DNA of 64,000 nucleotides from an uncultured Candidatus Saccharibacteria bacterium (GTDB lineage Bacteria > Patescibacteriota > Minisyncoccia > Phycocordibacterales > UBA9973), in the NCBI GenBank assembly GCA_964646765.1, contig CAZYIA010000001.1, positions 151,339-215,338 on the forward strand, given 5' to 3'. A program made the position numbers and the translations under genes. Below are positions 18,589 through 28,526 of this stretch, one piece after another. The stretch's first letter is position 1. Every line of letters begins with the position of its first letter. The notes beneath the pieces were generated by a model. It saw only the letters and a program-made list of their open reading frames with translations. It searched no databases and was not told the DNA's origin.

Positions 18589-19638
18589 ATGGATGAGTCT
18601 GTAATTAAACAAAGCCCAGAGTATAGTAATCACGAAGTCGTAGAATACTTTACTGACCCAAAAACAGGATTGCGGGGGATTATTGCTCTGCATTCACGAA
18701 AGCGTGGCCCAGCAGTTGGTGGTACGCGTTACTATGCATATACGACAGACGAAGATGCGCTTGAAGATGTGTTGAAACTTTCTCGAGCGATGTCATATAA
18801 ATGTGCACTCGCTAACGTACCTTATGGAGGGGGAAAGTGTGTTTTAATTGCACCTCCTCACTCAGGAAAGAAAACTAAAGAGTATCTCGAGTCGTACGGA
18901 AAAATGCTTAAAAAGTACGAAACTGATTTTTATACTGGCGAAGACGTTGGTATGGCTCAGGAAGATATTGAAGAGTTAAGTACAGTAACCTCAAATATTA
19001 TTGGCACTCTTGCAAAGGCCGGTGATCCTTCACCTTGGGCTGCTTTCTCAGTTTTTTATGCACTCCGCGCAGCGCTTACCTTTGTATATGGCGAACCTTC
19101 ATTTCAAGGAAAGAAAATTTCTATCAAAGGTCTAGGAAAAGTTGGCATGGAACTTGCTCGATTGGTGAGTGAACAAGGCGCGGTTCTTACGGTAACTGAT
19201 GTTAATCAATCTCTCATTGATGAAGCGCTTAAGAGATTTCCTGGAACCATAGCTTCTACGCCTAACGATATTGTAAATGTTCCTTGCGATGTTTTTGCTC
19301 CATGCGCATTAAGTAAAGATATTACCAATGAGCGAGCAAAAACGATTCAGGCAAAAGTAATTTGTGGAGCAGCTAATAATCAACTCGAATCAGATGCTGC
19401 AGGCGTTACACTTTTTGAGCGAGGAATTATGTATGTTCCGGATTACATTGCTAATGCTGGTGGCTTAATTAATGTAGTTGCTGAGCTTGAAAAGGATGGT
19501 TACAACCGAGAAAATGTCGTGAAGAAATGTCAGCATATTGAGGAGGTTGTTGCTTCTGTTTTGCAAGAAAGTAAAGAAAAGAGCATTGCACCCAATATTG
19601 TAGCGGATACTATCGCCAAAAGAGTGCTTGCAGCATAG
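18589..19638 (+). CDS. Leucine/phenylalanine dehydrogenase (Glu/Leu/Phe/Val dehydrogenase family)
   Basis: GPAVGGTRYYAYTTDEDALEDVLKLSRAMSYKCALANVPYGGGK; Rossmann GLGKVG. Start set at the internal ATG 18589 downstream of the extended -10 TGGTATAAT (18540..18548). Confidence 0.8.
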   Translation: MDESVIKQSPEYSNHEVVEYFTDPKTGLRGIIALHSRKRGPAVGGTRYYAYTTDEDALEDVLKLSRAMSYKCALANVPYGGGKCVLIAPPHSGKKTKEYLESYGKMLKKYETDFYTGEDVGMAQEDIEELSTVTSNIIGTLAKAGDPSPWAAFSVFYALRAALTFVYGEPSFQGKKISIKGLGKVGMELARLVSEQGAVLTVTDVNQSLIDEALKRFPGTIASTPNDIVNVPCDVFAPCALSKDITNERAKTIQAKVICGAANNQLESDAAGVTLFERGIMYVPDYIANAGGLINVVAELEKDGYNRENVVKKCQHIEEVVASVLQESKEKSIAPNIVADTIAKRVLAA

Positions 19639-19641
19639 TGT

Positions 19642-21150
19642 ATGGCAGCAAAGCGATACCAACTAAAGAACAACCGAGTCTTAGCTGATCTCAAATTAAA
19701 AAAGAGTGCCTACTGGCAAAAAAAGCGAGAGGCGCATGCACTTTCAGTATTTAAGGATACTATTGCACATGTTCCTGCCTACCGAGATTTTCTTAAAAAG
19801 AATGGTATTAATCCTTCCAAAATAAAAAATTGGAAAGATTTTCAAACGCTTCCGATAATGACTAAAGACTCATATCTCCGAAGCTATGAACTCCAGGAAC
19901 TTTGCAAAAAGGGAACACTCGCGCATCCTTTAGTATTTACTTCAACTTCAGGATCAACAGGAGAACCATATTATTTTCCGCGCTTTGAAAAACTAGATCG
20001 TGAATATTCAGTACTCGCTGAGTTTTACATGAGTCAGCACAAAGAGACGCTAAAGGGTCCAACGCTGGTGGTAATTTGTTTTGGTATGGGAGTCTGGATT
20101 GGTGGACTGATTACCTACCAAGCGTTTGAATCAGCAAGTCGTGAAAGTGGTTACCCAATTTCTATTATCACACCGGGAACGAATAAAGATGAGATTATCA
20201 AAGTTTTGGCGTCTCTTTCGCCACGATTTTCGCAAACACTGCTTATTGGATATCCGCCATTTGTAAAAGACATTATCGATGAAGCATCGCGCAAGAAAAT
20301 TCCGCTCAAGAAATATAATCTTCGATTGATGTTTGCCGCAGAATCTTTTTCGGAAACATTTCGTGATTATCTTGCTCGAAAAGCTGGTATCGAAAATGTG
20401 TATCGCGACACCTTAAATATTTATGGTAGTGCCGACATTGGTGCGATGGCCTGGGAAACTGGAGTTTCAATTTTAATTAAGCGCTTGTTGAAGAAAAATA
20501 AAAAGCTTTACAGTGCTTTCTTTCCGTCAGTTTCGCGAATGCCAACGCTTGCACAGTACAATCCTGAATTTATTACTTTTGAATCTATTGATAACAAGAT
20601 TGCATTAACTGCTAATAATGCGCTGCCGCTTGTTCGTTATGCTCTTGGAGATCATGGGGGCGTGATTGATTTTGCTAAGGCGCAGCGTATCTGTAAAGAA
20701 CACGGATATGATTTACTCGCAGAAGCAAAAAAAGTGGGAATTCCGACGGTGCCTGAACTACCATTTGTGTATGTATATGAGCGAAGCGATTTCTCGACAA
20801 AACTCTATGGGGCGATTGTTTATCCAGAATATATCAAAGGAGCGCTTGAACGAGATGAATTTGCTGATGTACTCACTGGTAAGTTCACGATGTTCACCCG
20901 CAATGGAAAAAATCAGGATCAATATCTTGAAGTGAATGTTGAACTCACGCCTGAAGTTAAAGAGTCAGCGGAACTTGCTGCTCAGGTTTCCGACCGCATT
21001 TTTGAGGAACTTATTGAACGAAGCACGGAATGCCGAAATAACGCTCAACTTCTTGGCGACAAAATGAAGCCAAAAATCATTTTTTGGCAGAACGGTGACC
21101 CAACTTACTTCAAAACAGGTATTAAGCAAAAATGGGTAAAAAAGGCCTAA
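19642..21150 (+). CDS. PaaK / coenzyme-F390-synthetase-like adenylate-forming enzyme
   Basis: P-loop FTSTSGSTGEPYYFP. N-terminal AHVPAYRDFLKKNGINPSKIKNWKDFQTLPIMTKDSY matches the PaaK-family N-domain. Confidence 0.7.
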   Translation: MAAKRYQLKNNRVLADLKLKKSAYWQKKREAHALSVFKDTIAHVPAYRDFLKKNGINPSKIKNWKDFQTLPIMTKDSYLRSYELQELCKKGTLAHPLVFTSTSGSTGEPYYFPRFEKLDREYSVLAEFYMSQHKETLKGPTLVVICFGMGVWIGGLITYQAFESASRESGYPISIITPGTNKDEIIKVLASLSPRFSQTLLIGYPPFVKDIIDEASRKKIPLKKYNLRLMFAAESFSETFRDYLARKAGIENVYRDTLNIYGSADIGAMAWETGVSILIKRLLKKNKKLYSAFFPSVSRMPTLAQYNPEFITFESIDNKIALTANNALPLVRYALGDHGGVIDFAKAQRICKEHGYDLLAEAKKVGIPTVPELPFVYVYERSDFSTKLYGAIVYPEYIKGALERDEFADVLTGKFTMFTRNGKNQDQYLEVNVELTPEVKESAELAAQVSDRIFEELIERSTECRNNAQLLGDKMKPKIIFWQNGDPTYFKTGIKQKWVKKA

Positions 21151-21200
21151 AATACTGTTTCTTTGGCTCAATATACGATATACTTTTGCTAGTTTAGGCC

Positions 21201-22385
21201 ATGAAGGAAGTAATGGATTACATCGAGGAAGGTCTTCAGAGAAAAGCTGCCGTACAACCGGTATTTTTCCGTCTCTCACAAAAAGAAGATGCCGACAAAC
21301 TCAAGGCTTTATTTGAAGCAGGGAAAATACAGCGAGTTTCAGACGATTACAAAGAACAGCAACTTGAGCTTTTTGGAATTAACAATCCAACAAAAGTATA
21401 TCAACCAGGTTTTAAAGAATTGTTTGCGGAATATTTCAGTGCATTAGAGCAACAGCAACCGCTAGCTACCCACGGCATCTGGGTTTATTTTCCATGGTCT
21501 TCGACGTTGACGCATATCTTGGAAGAAAAAGAATTTCAACTCGTTCGAACAGCGCGCAATCGCAACCTTATCAACAGCGACGAACAGGAAAAATTTCATA
21601 ATGCCACTATCGGTATTGGTGGACTTTCTGTTGGTTCGAGTGTTGCTTTTGCTTTAACGCTTCAGGGCGGCCCAAAGCACATTAAATTAGCTGACATGGA
21701 TCGCTTTGCGCTCACTAATACAAATCGCGTGCTCATGGGTGTGGATTATCTTGGCGAACTGAAAGTAGAAATGGCCGCTCGCCGAATCTATGAAATAAAT
21801 CCGTATACGACCATTGAACTTTTTCCTGAAGGATTGCATAAAGAAAATATTGAGCGATTTTTTGACGGTCTCGATCTGGTGATTGATGAGCTCGATAACC
21901 TCGCCGTAAAGTATTTGATTCGCGTTGAAGCACAAAAGCGAAAATTACCAGTAGTTATGGCGGCAGATAACGGAGATAATGCAGTCGTTGATATTGAACG
22001 CTACGACCTCGATCCTAACTTAAAGTTTTTCCAAGGACGACTTGGCGAAACTTCATATGAAGAGCTCGCTAGTTTAGATAAATTTGGCATTGGTAAAACT
22101 ATTACCAAACATATTGGTCCTGAAAATGTAACCGCGCGAACCCAGGATTCTCTTTTGGAGATGGGGAAGACGATTGTTTCGTGGCCACAGCTTGGCGGAG
22201 CAGCGCTTATTAACGGTGCAGCGGTAGCGTACTGTGTCCGAAAGATTTTAAATGGCCAACCACTTGAACATAACCGGGCTCTTGTTTCGCTCGACGAAAA
22301 ACTTGTTCCAAATTATAACGCTCCGGAAGAAGTGGAGAATCGCGCTAAAGTATCTGAATCATTTAAGAAAATTTTTGGTTTGTAA
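21201..22385 (+). CDS. ThiF/MoeB (E1-like) adenylyltransferase-fold protein with an N-terminal extension of about 130 aa
   Basis: Rossmann IGIGGLSVGSSVAFALTLQGG..KLADMDRFALTNTNRV. Confidence 0.7.
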   Translation: MKEVMDYIEEGLQRKAAVQPVFFRLSQKEDADKLKALFEAGKIQRVSDDYKEQQLELFGINNPTKVYQPGFKELFAEYFSALEQQQPLATHGIWVYFPWSSTLTHILEEKEFQLVRTARNRNLINSDEQEKFHNATIGIGGLSVGSSVAFALTLQGGPKHIKLADMDRFALTNTNRVLMGVDYLGELKVEMAARRIYEINPYTTIELFPEGLHKENIERFFDGLDLVIDELDNLAVKYLIRVEAQKRKLPVVMAADNGDNAVVDIERYDLDPNLKFFQGRLGETSYEELASLDKFGIGKTITKHIGPENVTARTQDSLLEMGKTIVSWPQLGGAALINGAAVAYCVRKILNGQPLEHNRALVSLDEKLVPNYNAPEEVENRAKVSESFKKIFGL

Positions 22386-22390
22386 TTATC

Positions 22391-23461
22391 ATGGAGGAAG
22401 ACCTTAAAAAAATTCTTGAAAGTGCGATTCAAGCTCCGTCGGGAGAAAATTCTCAACCTTGGCGAGTTAAAGTTTCTGGAATGACTGTTGAACTCTGGAA
22501 TAATCCAGAAAGTGATCAGTCACTCTATAACAGCGGACAATTAGGTTCCATGATTGCCCACGGTGCTTTTATTGAGAATGCCGTAATAGCTGCTAAACAC
22601 TATGGCTACGAGACCGGAGTGGCTTTGTTTCCTAATAAAGAAAATCTTAATCAAGTAGCAGTACTTTCATTTTCAAAGAAGGCTACTCAAACAGAAGATA
22701 TTCTGTTTTCTTTAATTGAAAAACGTTGTACAAATCGTAAATCCTACAAGACTGATGCGGTAGAAGCAGCCGTTGCGAATGATCTTATTTCTGGTTCTTC
22801 TGGAAACGTAAAAATATACGTCACCCAAGAAACAGAAGCCAAAGAAATACTCGGTGCAGTCGGAGGAGCTAATGAGCAAATCATGCTCTCCAACGAATAT
22901 ATCCACGGTTTTTTCTTTTCTCATGTTAGCTGGACCAAAGAAGAGGATCGAGAGCGATCAGTTGGTTTTTTTATTGACACTCTTGAGTTACCAGCACCGG
23001 CTCGTTTTGCTTTTAAATTTATTCAAAAATGGAATCGGCTGGCGTTTCTTAATAAATACTTAGGACTATATAAGGCTATTGGGAAACAAAATGCAAAAGT
23101 ATATGGAGAAGCTTCCGGATTTTTAGCGTTTACAGTTCCAGCTAATTCTCCTGAGTCATTTGTAGAAGCGGGAAGAATTATCGAACGCACTTGGCTTGTA
23201 GCAACTAAGCATGGTTTAAGTATGCAACCAGTGAGTGGTCTTCTTTTTTTAAGAAACGCAATGCTCAGAAATGATACAGCCACTTTCTTTAATGATGAAC
23301 AGCGCATAACAATAACGGAAGCGTACCAGAATATCCAAAAAGTATTTAGTCTACCTGAGAATGAAACGGTTGCATTCATGTTTCGCTTTGGACGATCAAA
23401 TCCACCCACCGCTCGAGCATCTCGCTTTCCTCTTGAAAAAATAATGTACAATGCTTCTTAA
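22391..23461 (+). CDS. Tandem two-domain nitroreductase-family (SagB/Acg-like) protein
   Basis: ILESAIQAPSGENSQPWRVKV nitroreductase N-terminal motif; 356 aa, consistent with a duplicated nitroreductase fold. Confidence 0.65.
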   Translation: MEEDLKKILESAIQAPSGENSQPWRVKVSGMTVELWNNPESDQSLYNSGQLGSMIAHGAFIENAVIAAKHYGYETGVALFPNKENLNQVAVLSFSKKATQTEDILFSLIEKRCTNRKSYKTDAVEAAVANDLISGSSGNVKIYVTQETEAKEILGAVGGANEQIMLSNEYIHGFFFSHVSWTKEEDRERSVGFFIDTLELPAPARFAFKFIQKWNRLAFLNKYLGLYKAIGKQNAKVYGEASGFLAFTVPANSPESFVEAGRIIERTWLVATKHGLSMQPVSGLLFLRNAMLRNDTATFFNDEQRITITEAYQNIQKVFSLPENETVAFMFRFGRSNPPTARASRFPLEKIMYNAS

Positions 23462-23463
23462 TC

Positions 23464-25152
23464 ATGTTTAACGCGTATTCATCCAACTCAAACTTTAATC
23501 TTCTTATTGTCGGTGTTGCAATTGCGGCTATTGCGTTACTCGGTTTTACCGTCTTCTTTAACGATCGTAAAAGCAGAACAAATCGTGCCTTTTTCTACTA
23601 CGCAATCGCAGTGGTATTCTGGGGTATTTCAAACTATCTTGAATATCAATTTCAGTCTCCCACGATTGTCCTTTTTGCTTTACGAGCGCATATCGCGATT
23701 TCTGTATTGTATTGTCTTACCTTTTTCCGTTTAGCATATGTATTCCCATGGAGTGAAGTTACTTTTCCGCGTTGGCATCGGTTTTTTGTTTTTCCTCTAG
23801 CGCTCGTTACTATGGTGGTAGCTTTTACACCGCTTACTTTTAAACGCATTCTATCTTTAGCTCCGGTTGGAGAAGTAACGCCTGCACAAACTGGGCCGGG
23901 AATGGGCTTTTTTGGAATCATGGCATTTGGTCTACTTGTTGGCGGCCTTGCCATACTTTGGAGAAAGCGAAATAAAAGTTCTGGAGTAGAGAAGAAACAA
24001 ATTACATATGTCTGGTGGGGGATGCTTATTACTGCACTTCTAACTTTAACCTTTAATTTTGTTTTACCAGTTCTCTTTAATAACGTACGCTATATTCCAT
24101 TTGCCGCTCTCTTTGTTCTGCCGTTTATTTCTCTCATTTCATACACTATTTATCGACATCAGCTCTTTAACGTTAAAGTTGCTGCCGTTGCCCTCGTTAC
24201 CTTTATTCTTACCGTCTTCAGTCTCTTCAACGTTATCTACGCAACAAGCACAAGCCAAGTTGTCTTCAATGTTATTTTCTTCACTTCAATCTTGGCCGGA
24301 AGCGTTCTTCTCATTCGCAGTATTCTTCGAGAAATTGAACAGCGAGAAAAATTAGAGATTTTAGATAAAGAACTCGAAACTGCAAACGAAAAATTAAAAG
24401 AGCTTGATAAGCTGAAGACCGAATTTCTTTCCCTTGCTTCTCATCAATTGCGAAGTCCACTCACCGCTGTAAAAGGCTACACATCGATGCTCTTGGAAGG
24501 AGACTTCGGCGCTGTGAATCCGCAACAAAAAGAGGCTATTGACCGCGTGTATCAGTCGGTAACCCACCTTACTCGTGTTGTGGAAGATCTTCTTAATGTT
24601 ACTAAGATTGAACTTGGTGGTATGCAGTACACCATGCGCCCGTTTGACCTCGATACAGCAACCGAAGAACTTGTTTCGGAACTTCGAGTGACAGCCGAAA
24701 AGAAAGGACTCAAACTTATTTTTGATTGCGACACCAAGAAGAGCTACCCAATATTGGGTGACGAAGAGAAGCTCCGCCAGGTATTTCTTAACTTTATTGA
24801 TAACTCAATTAAATATACCGAAAAAGGCGAAGTTCGTGTTTCAGTTACGAAAGACACTGCTAAAAATCAAATTACTTTTGCAGTTACAGATACTGGTATG
24901 GGTATGACTCCTGAGACTCAGGCTAGCCTCTTCCAGAAATTTGTCCGTACAGACAAATCAAAAGAAGTTAACCGTGGTGGCTCGGGTCTTGGTTTGTATC
25001 TCGCAAAGCAGATTGTTGAGGCCCATCATGGCAGTCTCATTGTTTCTTCTCCAGGTGTTGGAAAAGGTTCCACGTTTGGCGTCGTGCTCTCACTTGCCTC
25101 ACCATCAACTTCATCAACAGAGTGGAAGAGTGGTAGTGAAAAAAACGCTTAG
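23464..25152 (+). CDS. Sensor histidine kinase with a multi-TM N-terminal domain (no cognate response regulator adjacent)
   Basis: At least 7 hydrophobic helices; HisKA FLSLASHQLRSPLTAV; HATPase_c region. Confidence 0.85.
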   Translation: MFNAYSSNSNFNLLIVGVAIAAIALLGFTVFFNDRKSRTNRAFFYYAIAVVFWGISNYLEYQFQSPTIVLFALRAHIAISVLYCLTFFRLAYVFPWSEVTFPRWHRFFVFPLALVTMVVAFTPLTFKRILSLAPVGEVTPAQTGPGMGFFGIMAFGLLVGGLAILWRKRNKSSGVEKKQITYVWWGMLITALLTLTFNFVLPVLFNNVRYIPFAALFVLPFISLISYTIYRHQLFNVKVAAVALVTFILTVFSLFNVIYATSTSQVVFNVIFFTSILAGSVLLIRSILREIEQREKLEILDKELETANEKLKELDKLKTEFLSLASHQLRSPLTAVKGYTSMLLEGDFGAVNPQQKEAIDRVYQSVTHLTRVVEDLLNVTKIELGGMQYTMRPFDLDTATEELVSELRVTAEKKGLKLIFDCDTKKSYPILGDEEKLRQVFLNFIDNSIKYTEKGEVRVSVTKDTAKNQITFAVTDTGMGMTPETQASLFQKFVRTDKSKEVNRGGSGLGLYLAKQIVEAHHGSLIVSSPGVGKGSTFGVVLSLASPSTSSTEWKSGSEKNA

Positions 25153-26531
25153 CTTTTCTTAGTTAATTTCGTTCCTTCAGCTGTATCAAATACAGTAAAA
25201 CCTAAAGACTCAAGTTCGCCGCGGAGCTTATCACTTTCTACCCAGTTTTTCTCTTTACGCGCAATATCACGTTTTGAAAGTAACGCGCTAACTTCTGATG
25301 AAATCAGAGGAGTGAGTTTTTCTAAGGAAAGTCCAAGTACTGCATCAAACGAAAGAAGAGTGGCTCGTTTTACTTCTCCGGTAAGGGAACTATCACCAAG
25401 ACATTCATGTACAATAGCGAGTGCTTTTGGTACATCAAGGTCGTCTGCTAAAGCATCGTTAAAGCGTATGAGATAAGTCTCATCGGGAATACCTCCAGCT
25501 GGCGAAAGAGCAACAGCTGTTCGAATACGTTTGAGGGCTTCAGATGCGCCATCGAGAGCTTCCCAAGTGAAGTTTAAATGCGAACGATAGTGAGCACCGA
25601 GATAAAAGTAACGGAGCGCTAATGGGTCAATACCACGATCAATTACATCTTGAATGCGAACATAATTTCCAAGACTCTTGCTCATTTTTTCGCCATTTAC
25701 GTTAAGGAAAGCGTAGTGGACCCAATATTTCACAAATTCTTTTCCGGTTGCCGCCTCAGATTGAGCAATCTCGTTTTCATGATGCACTGGGATATGATCA
25801 ATACCGCCAGTATGAATATCAAAACTCTCGCCAAGGTATTTCATGCTCATAGCTGAACATTCAATATGCCAGCCAGGAAAACCATCACCAAACGGAGATG
25901 GCCAGTGCATTGCATGGTTAGAAAATCGGCCAACACGCTTAAACCAGAGTGCAAAATCGTACGGATTTTTCTTAAAACTACCAGTCTCAACTTCTTCACG
26001 TACAGCTACGAGCTTGTCAGCTAATTTTTGACCAGAAAGTTCTCCGTACTTAGGAAACTTAGCAACATCAAAATAGACTGCTTCGCTTGTATCGTAGGCA
26101 AAGCCGCGTTTGATTAATTTTTCTACTAAAGCAATTTGCTCGGGAATATGTTCAGTTGCCTTGGCGATAACATGTGGACGCAGAATATTAAGCGTATCCA
26201 TCGCAATGTAGAAGTCGTCAGTAAAAAATTGAGCTACCTCCCATACTGTTTTTCCTGTTTTGGCGGCTCCTTTTTCGAGCTTGTCTTCTCCTTCGTCACC
26301 ATCAGAAGATAGATGGCCAACATCGGTAACATTTTGGACATGACGAACGGTAAAACCAGCCTGCTCAAGGGTTCGGCGGAGAATATCGTCCATGGTGTAT
26401 TTGCGTCCGTGACCAATGTGGGCATAGTCGTAGACCGTCATGCCACAGGTATACATGCCAATATTTTTTCCTTCAAGCGGAATGATTTCCTCGACGCTAC
26501 GGGATTTCGTGTTGTAGATTTTTACAGCCAT
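25149..26531 (-). CDS. cysS: Cysteinyl-tRNA synthetase
   Basis: MYTCGMTVYDYAHIGHGR (HIGH) and KMSKSLGN. Confidence 0.95.
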   Translation of the reverse strand: MAVKIYNTKSRSVEEIIPLEGKNIGMYTCGMTVYDYAHIGHGRKYTMDDILRRTLEQAGFTVRHVQNVTDVGHLSSDGDEGEDKLEKGAAKTGKTVWEVAQFFTDDFYIAMDTLNILRPHVIAKATEHIPEQIALVEKLIKRGFAYDTSEAVYFDVAKFPKYGELSGQKLADKLVAVREEVETGSFKKNPYDFALWFKRVGRFSNHAMHWPSPFGDGFPGWHIECSAMSMKYLGESFDIHTGGIDHIPVHHENEIAQSEAATGKEFVKYWVHYAFLNVNGEKMSKSLGNYVRIQDVIDRGIDPLALRYFYLGAHYRSHLNFTWEALDGASEALKRIRTAVALSPAGGIPDETYLIRFNDALADDLDVPKALAIVHECLGDSSLTGEVKRATLLSFDAVLGLSLEKLTPLISSEVSALLSKRDIARKEKNWVESDKLRGELESLGFTVFDTAEGTKLTKKS

Positions 26532-27436
26532 TTCTTGTTCTTAAAGTAGATGTACATTACCACCGCAATGAGAATCATGCCAATAAGCACTAAGAGGAAG
26601 TCATTAGTGCCTCGGATAAAGACGATGTCGCTTCGCATAGCAAAAATCCAAGTAATAAGGCCGAGCGGCAGCATGATGAAGTTCATAATAGTGAGTTTCT
26701 TCATGACATCGTTCGTTTTTGAGGCAAGGAGTGAGTCATTGGTGTTTCGTAAATCTGAAAGTGTCTCGCGTTCGCCGTCGAGCATTTGCTCAACTTTATT
26801 ATATTCACCAGTAAGTGCACCAAGATAGTAGGAGAAATCACCACCAAAGAAATCAGTCGCTGCTCGATTAAATGACGCAAGTACTTCACGATGGAAGCGA
26901 AGGGTCTGACGGAAATCAACTAGAATACGGTTTTCGCGAGAAATTGCGCTCACCATACTATGTTCGTTGCCATCAAAGAGCTTGCGTTCAATATCTCGAA
27001 TAGCACTCGATACCGTTTCAAGTTCAAGAAAGGTATGACGGTACATTTCGCGAATCATAGCAAAAAAGAGATATCCAGCATGGTCGCCTGAGAGGCTTTC
27101 TTCAAGTACTGAGTTAATTTCAAATAGTTTAGAAAATTCATTCAAAGCATCAACTGGTTCTTCGTGTGCTGTGATAACAAAATTTTTACCAATAATGAAG
27201 TCAACTTCCTGCTCACTGCGTTCTTGCTTTTTACTGCGATGAAGGGTGGGGAAGTGAAGAACAAGGGAAATATTGTTATCGTACCGATCAACTTTTGACC
27301 GGAGGATTGGCATGGTGAGTTCTTCGCCTAAGATATCCGGTAAGCGGTATTCTTCAATAATGCTTCGGACTTCCTCACTCGTTGGGGTTTCAAGATCGAT
27401 CCAAGTGAGTTTCTTATAGGTGTATTTTGAAATCAT
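26522..27436 (-). CDS. corA: CorA-family Mg2+/Co2+ transporter
   Basis: Two C-terminal TM helices with an MNF variant of the GMN motif (TIMNFIMLP). Confidence 0.75.
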   Translation of the reverse strand: MISKYTYKKLTWIDLETPTSEEVRSIIEEYRLPDILGEELTMPILRSKVDRYDNNISLVLHFPTLHRSKKQERSEQEVDFIIGKNFVITAHEEPVDALNEFSKLFEINSVLEESLSGDHAGYLFFAMIREMYRHTFLELETVSSAIRDIERKLFDGNEHSMVSAISRENRILVDFRQTLRFHREVLASFNRAATDFFGGDFSYYLGALTGEYNKVEQMLDGERETLSDLRNTNDSLLASKTNDVMKKLTIMNFIMLPLGLITWIFAMRSDIVFIRGTNDFLLVLIGMILIAVVMYIYFKNKKWL

Positions 27437-27495
27437 GTCCCTAAGTATACCGTGAAAAAACGCTCATACACAAAGGTTATATTGGAAAACCGGGT

Positions 27496-27524
27496 TTGAC
27501 TCTAAGATGAGCCTATGCTATGAT
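27496..27524 (+). promoter_or_regulatory. Sigma70-like promoter for rplU (TTGACT-N17-TATGAT)
   Basis: TTGACT at 27496..27501 and TATGAT at 27519..27524. Confidence 0.4.
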
Positions 27525-27535
27525 GCACGTCATCT

Positions 27536-27856
27536 ATGGCAGAATTTGCAGTAATCCAAACAGGCGGCAAACAGTACAAGGTTTCAGTCGGAGACAAACT
27601 CCGCATTGAAAAGCTTGCAGGCGACTTTAAGCCGGGTGATAAAGTAACCTTCGATAAGGTCCTCCTTGTTGATAATGGTACCGATACTTCTATTGGAACG
27701 CCTTACATTTCAGGTGCTTCTGTTGAAGCTATCTACGAAAAAGCAGGAAAGGCTAAAACTGTTGTTGTTGTAAAGTACAAGCAAAAGAGCCGCTACTTCA
27801 AGAAAAATGGCCACCGTCAGCCATACGCAGAGGTAAAGATTTCTGCAATCAAATAA
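27536..27856 (+). CDS. rplU: 50S ribosomal protein L21
   Basis: MAEFAVIQTGGKQYKV.. bL21; not followed by rpmA. Confidence 0.95.
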   Translation: MAEFAVIQTGGKQYKVSVGDKLRIEKLAGDFKPGDKVTFDKVLLVDNGTDTSIGTPYISGASVEAIYEKAGKAKTVVVVKYKQKSRYFKKNGHRQPYAEVKISAIK

Positions 27857-27865
27857 CTCTAAATA

Positions 27866-27899
27866 AAAAGAACCGCTTGATAGCGGTTCTTTTTATTTT
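27866..27899. terminator. Bidirectional intrinsic terminator (rplU on +, recR on -)
   Basis: AAGAACCGCT-TGAT-AGCGGTTCTT then TTTTATTTT. Confidence 0.6.
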
Positions 27900-28510
27900 C
27901 GATTTCTCAGTGAGTTCTCTAGGGTTTGTTTGTCGGCATATTCTAGTTCACTGCCGGTTGAGAGTCCGCGACCTAATTCTGTAACACGAGCCTTAGTTCC
28001 CGAAAGTAAACTTTCTAGCTTAGAGCGAAGAAAACTTTCAGTATGTTCGCCATGTGGTGTTAGAGGAAAGGCTAAGATGATTTCTTCTAATGTTTCCTCA
28101 CGCAAGAGTTCGGTAGTACGGTTCACTAACTCATTGAGGCGAACTTTCTCGAGTGTCTCGTTGTCGGCAATCGGCACCAAGCCGCCAAGTACAAAGTAGC
28201 CACCCTTGTATGCGCCACTTTTACGAACACTTTCAAGGTCGGCATCTTTTTCGACTATCAACAGTTTTGAAAAATCAGTGTTAGTGTTGGCACAGATATC
28301 GCAGTATTCATTGCCATCATATGCGAAGTAACGGAAACACAATGGGCATTGCGCAACATTCTTTTTGAGTGTTTTTAAGAGCTCCGAAAGTCGTTCAACA
28401 TTTTTAGGTGATTCACGTAATAAGTAATACACAAACCGGCGGGCTTGGCGTTCGCCAATTCCCGGAAATCGGGCGAATATTTTAGCTAGTTCGTCAAAGC
28501 TCTGGTTCAT
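27893..28510 (-). CDS. recR: Recombination protein RecR
   Basis: FARFPGIGERQARRFVYYLL HhH; C4 zinc finger CPLCFRYFAYDGNEYCDIC; Toprim. Confidence 0.9.
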   Translation of the reverse strand: MNQSFDELAKIFARFPGIGERQARRFVYYLLRESPKNVERLSELLKTLKKNVAQCPLCFRYFAYDGNEYCDICANTNTDFSKLLIVEKDADLESVRKSGAYKGGYFVLGGLVPIADNETLEKVRLNELVNRTTELLREETLEEIILAFPLTPHGEHTESFLRSKLESLLSGTKARVTELGRGLSTGSELEYADKQTLENSLRNRK

Positions 28511-28526
28511 TGGGAACCATTATAGC

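Noticed and set aside
18523-25152. Calling the E1-like plus nitroreductase cluster a TOMM/azoline RiPP locus
   Set aside because: No YcaO cyclodehydratase and no short precursor ORF are present in or beside the cluster. Kept only as a hypothesis in the findings.
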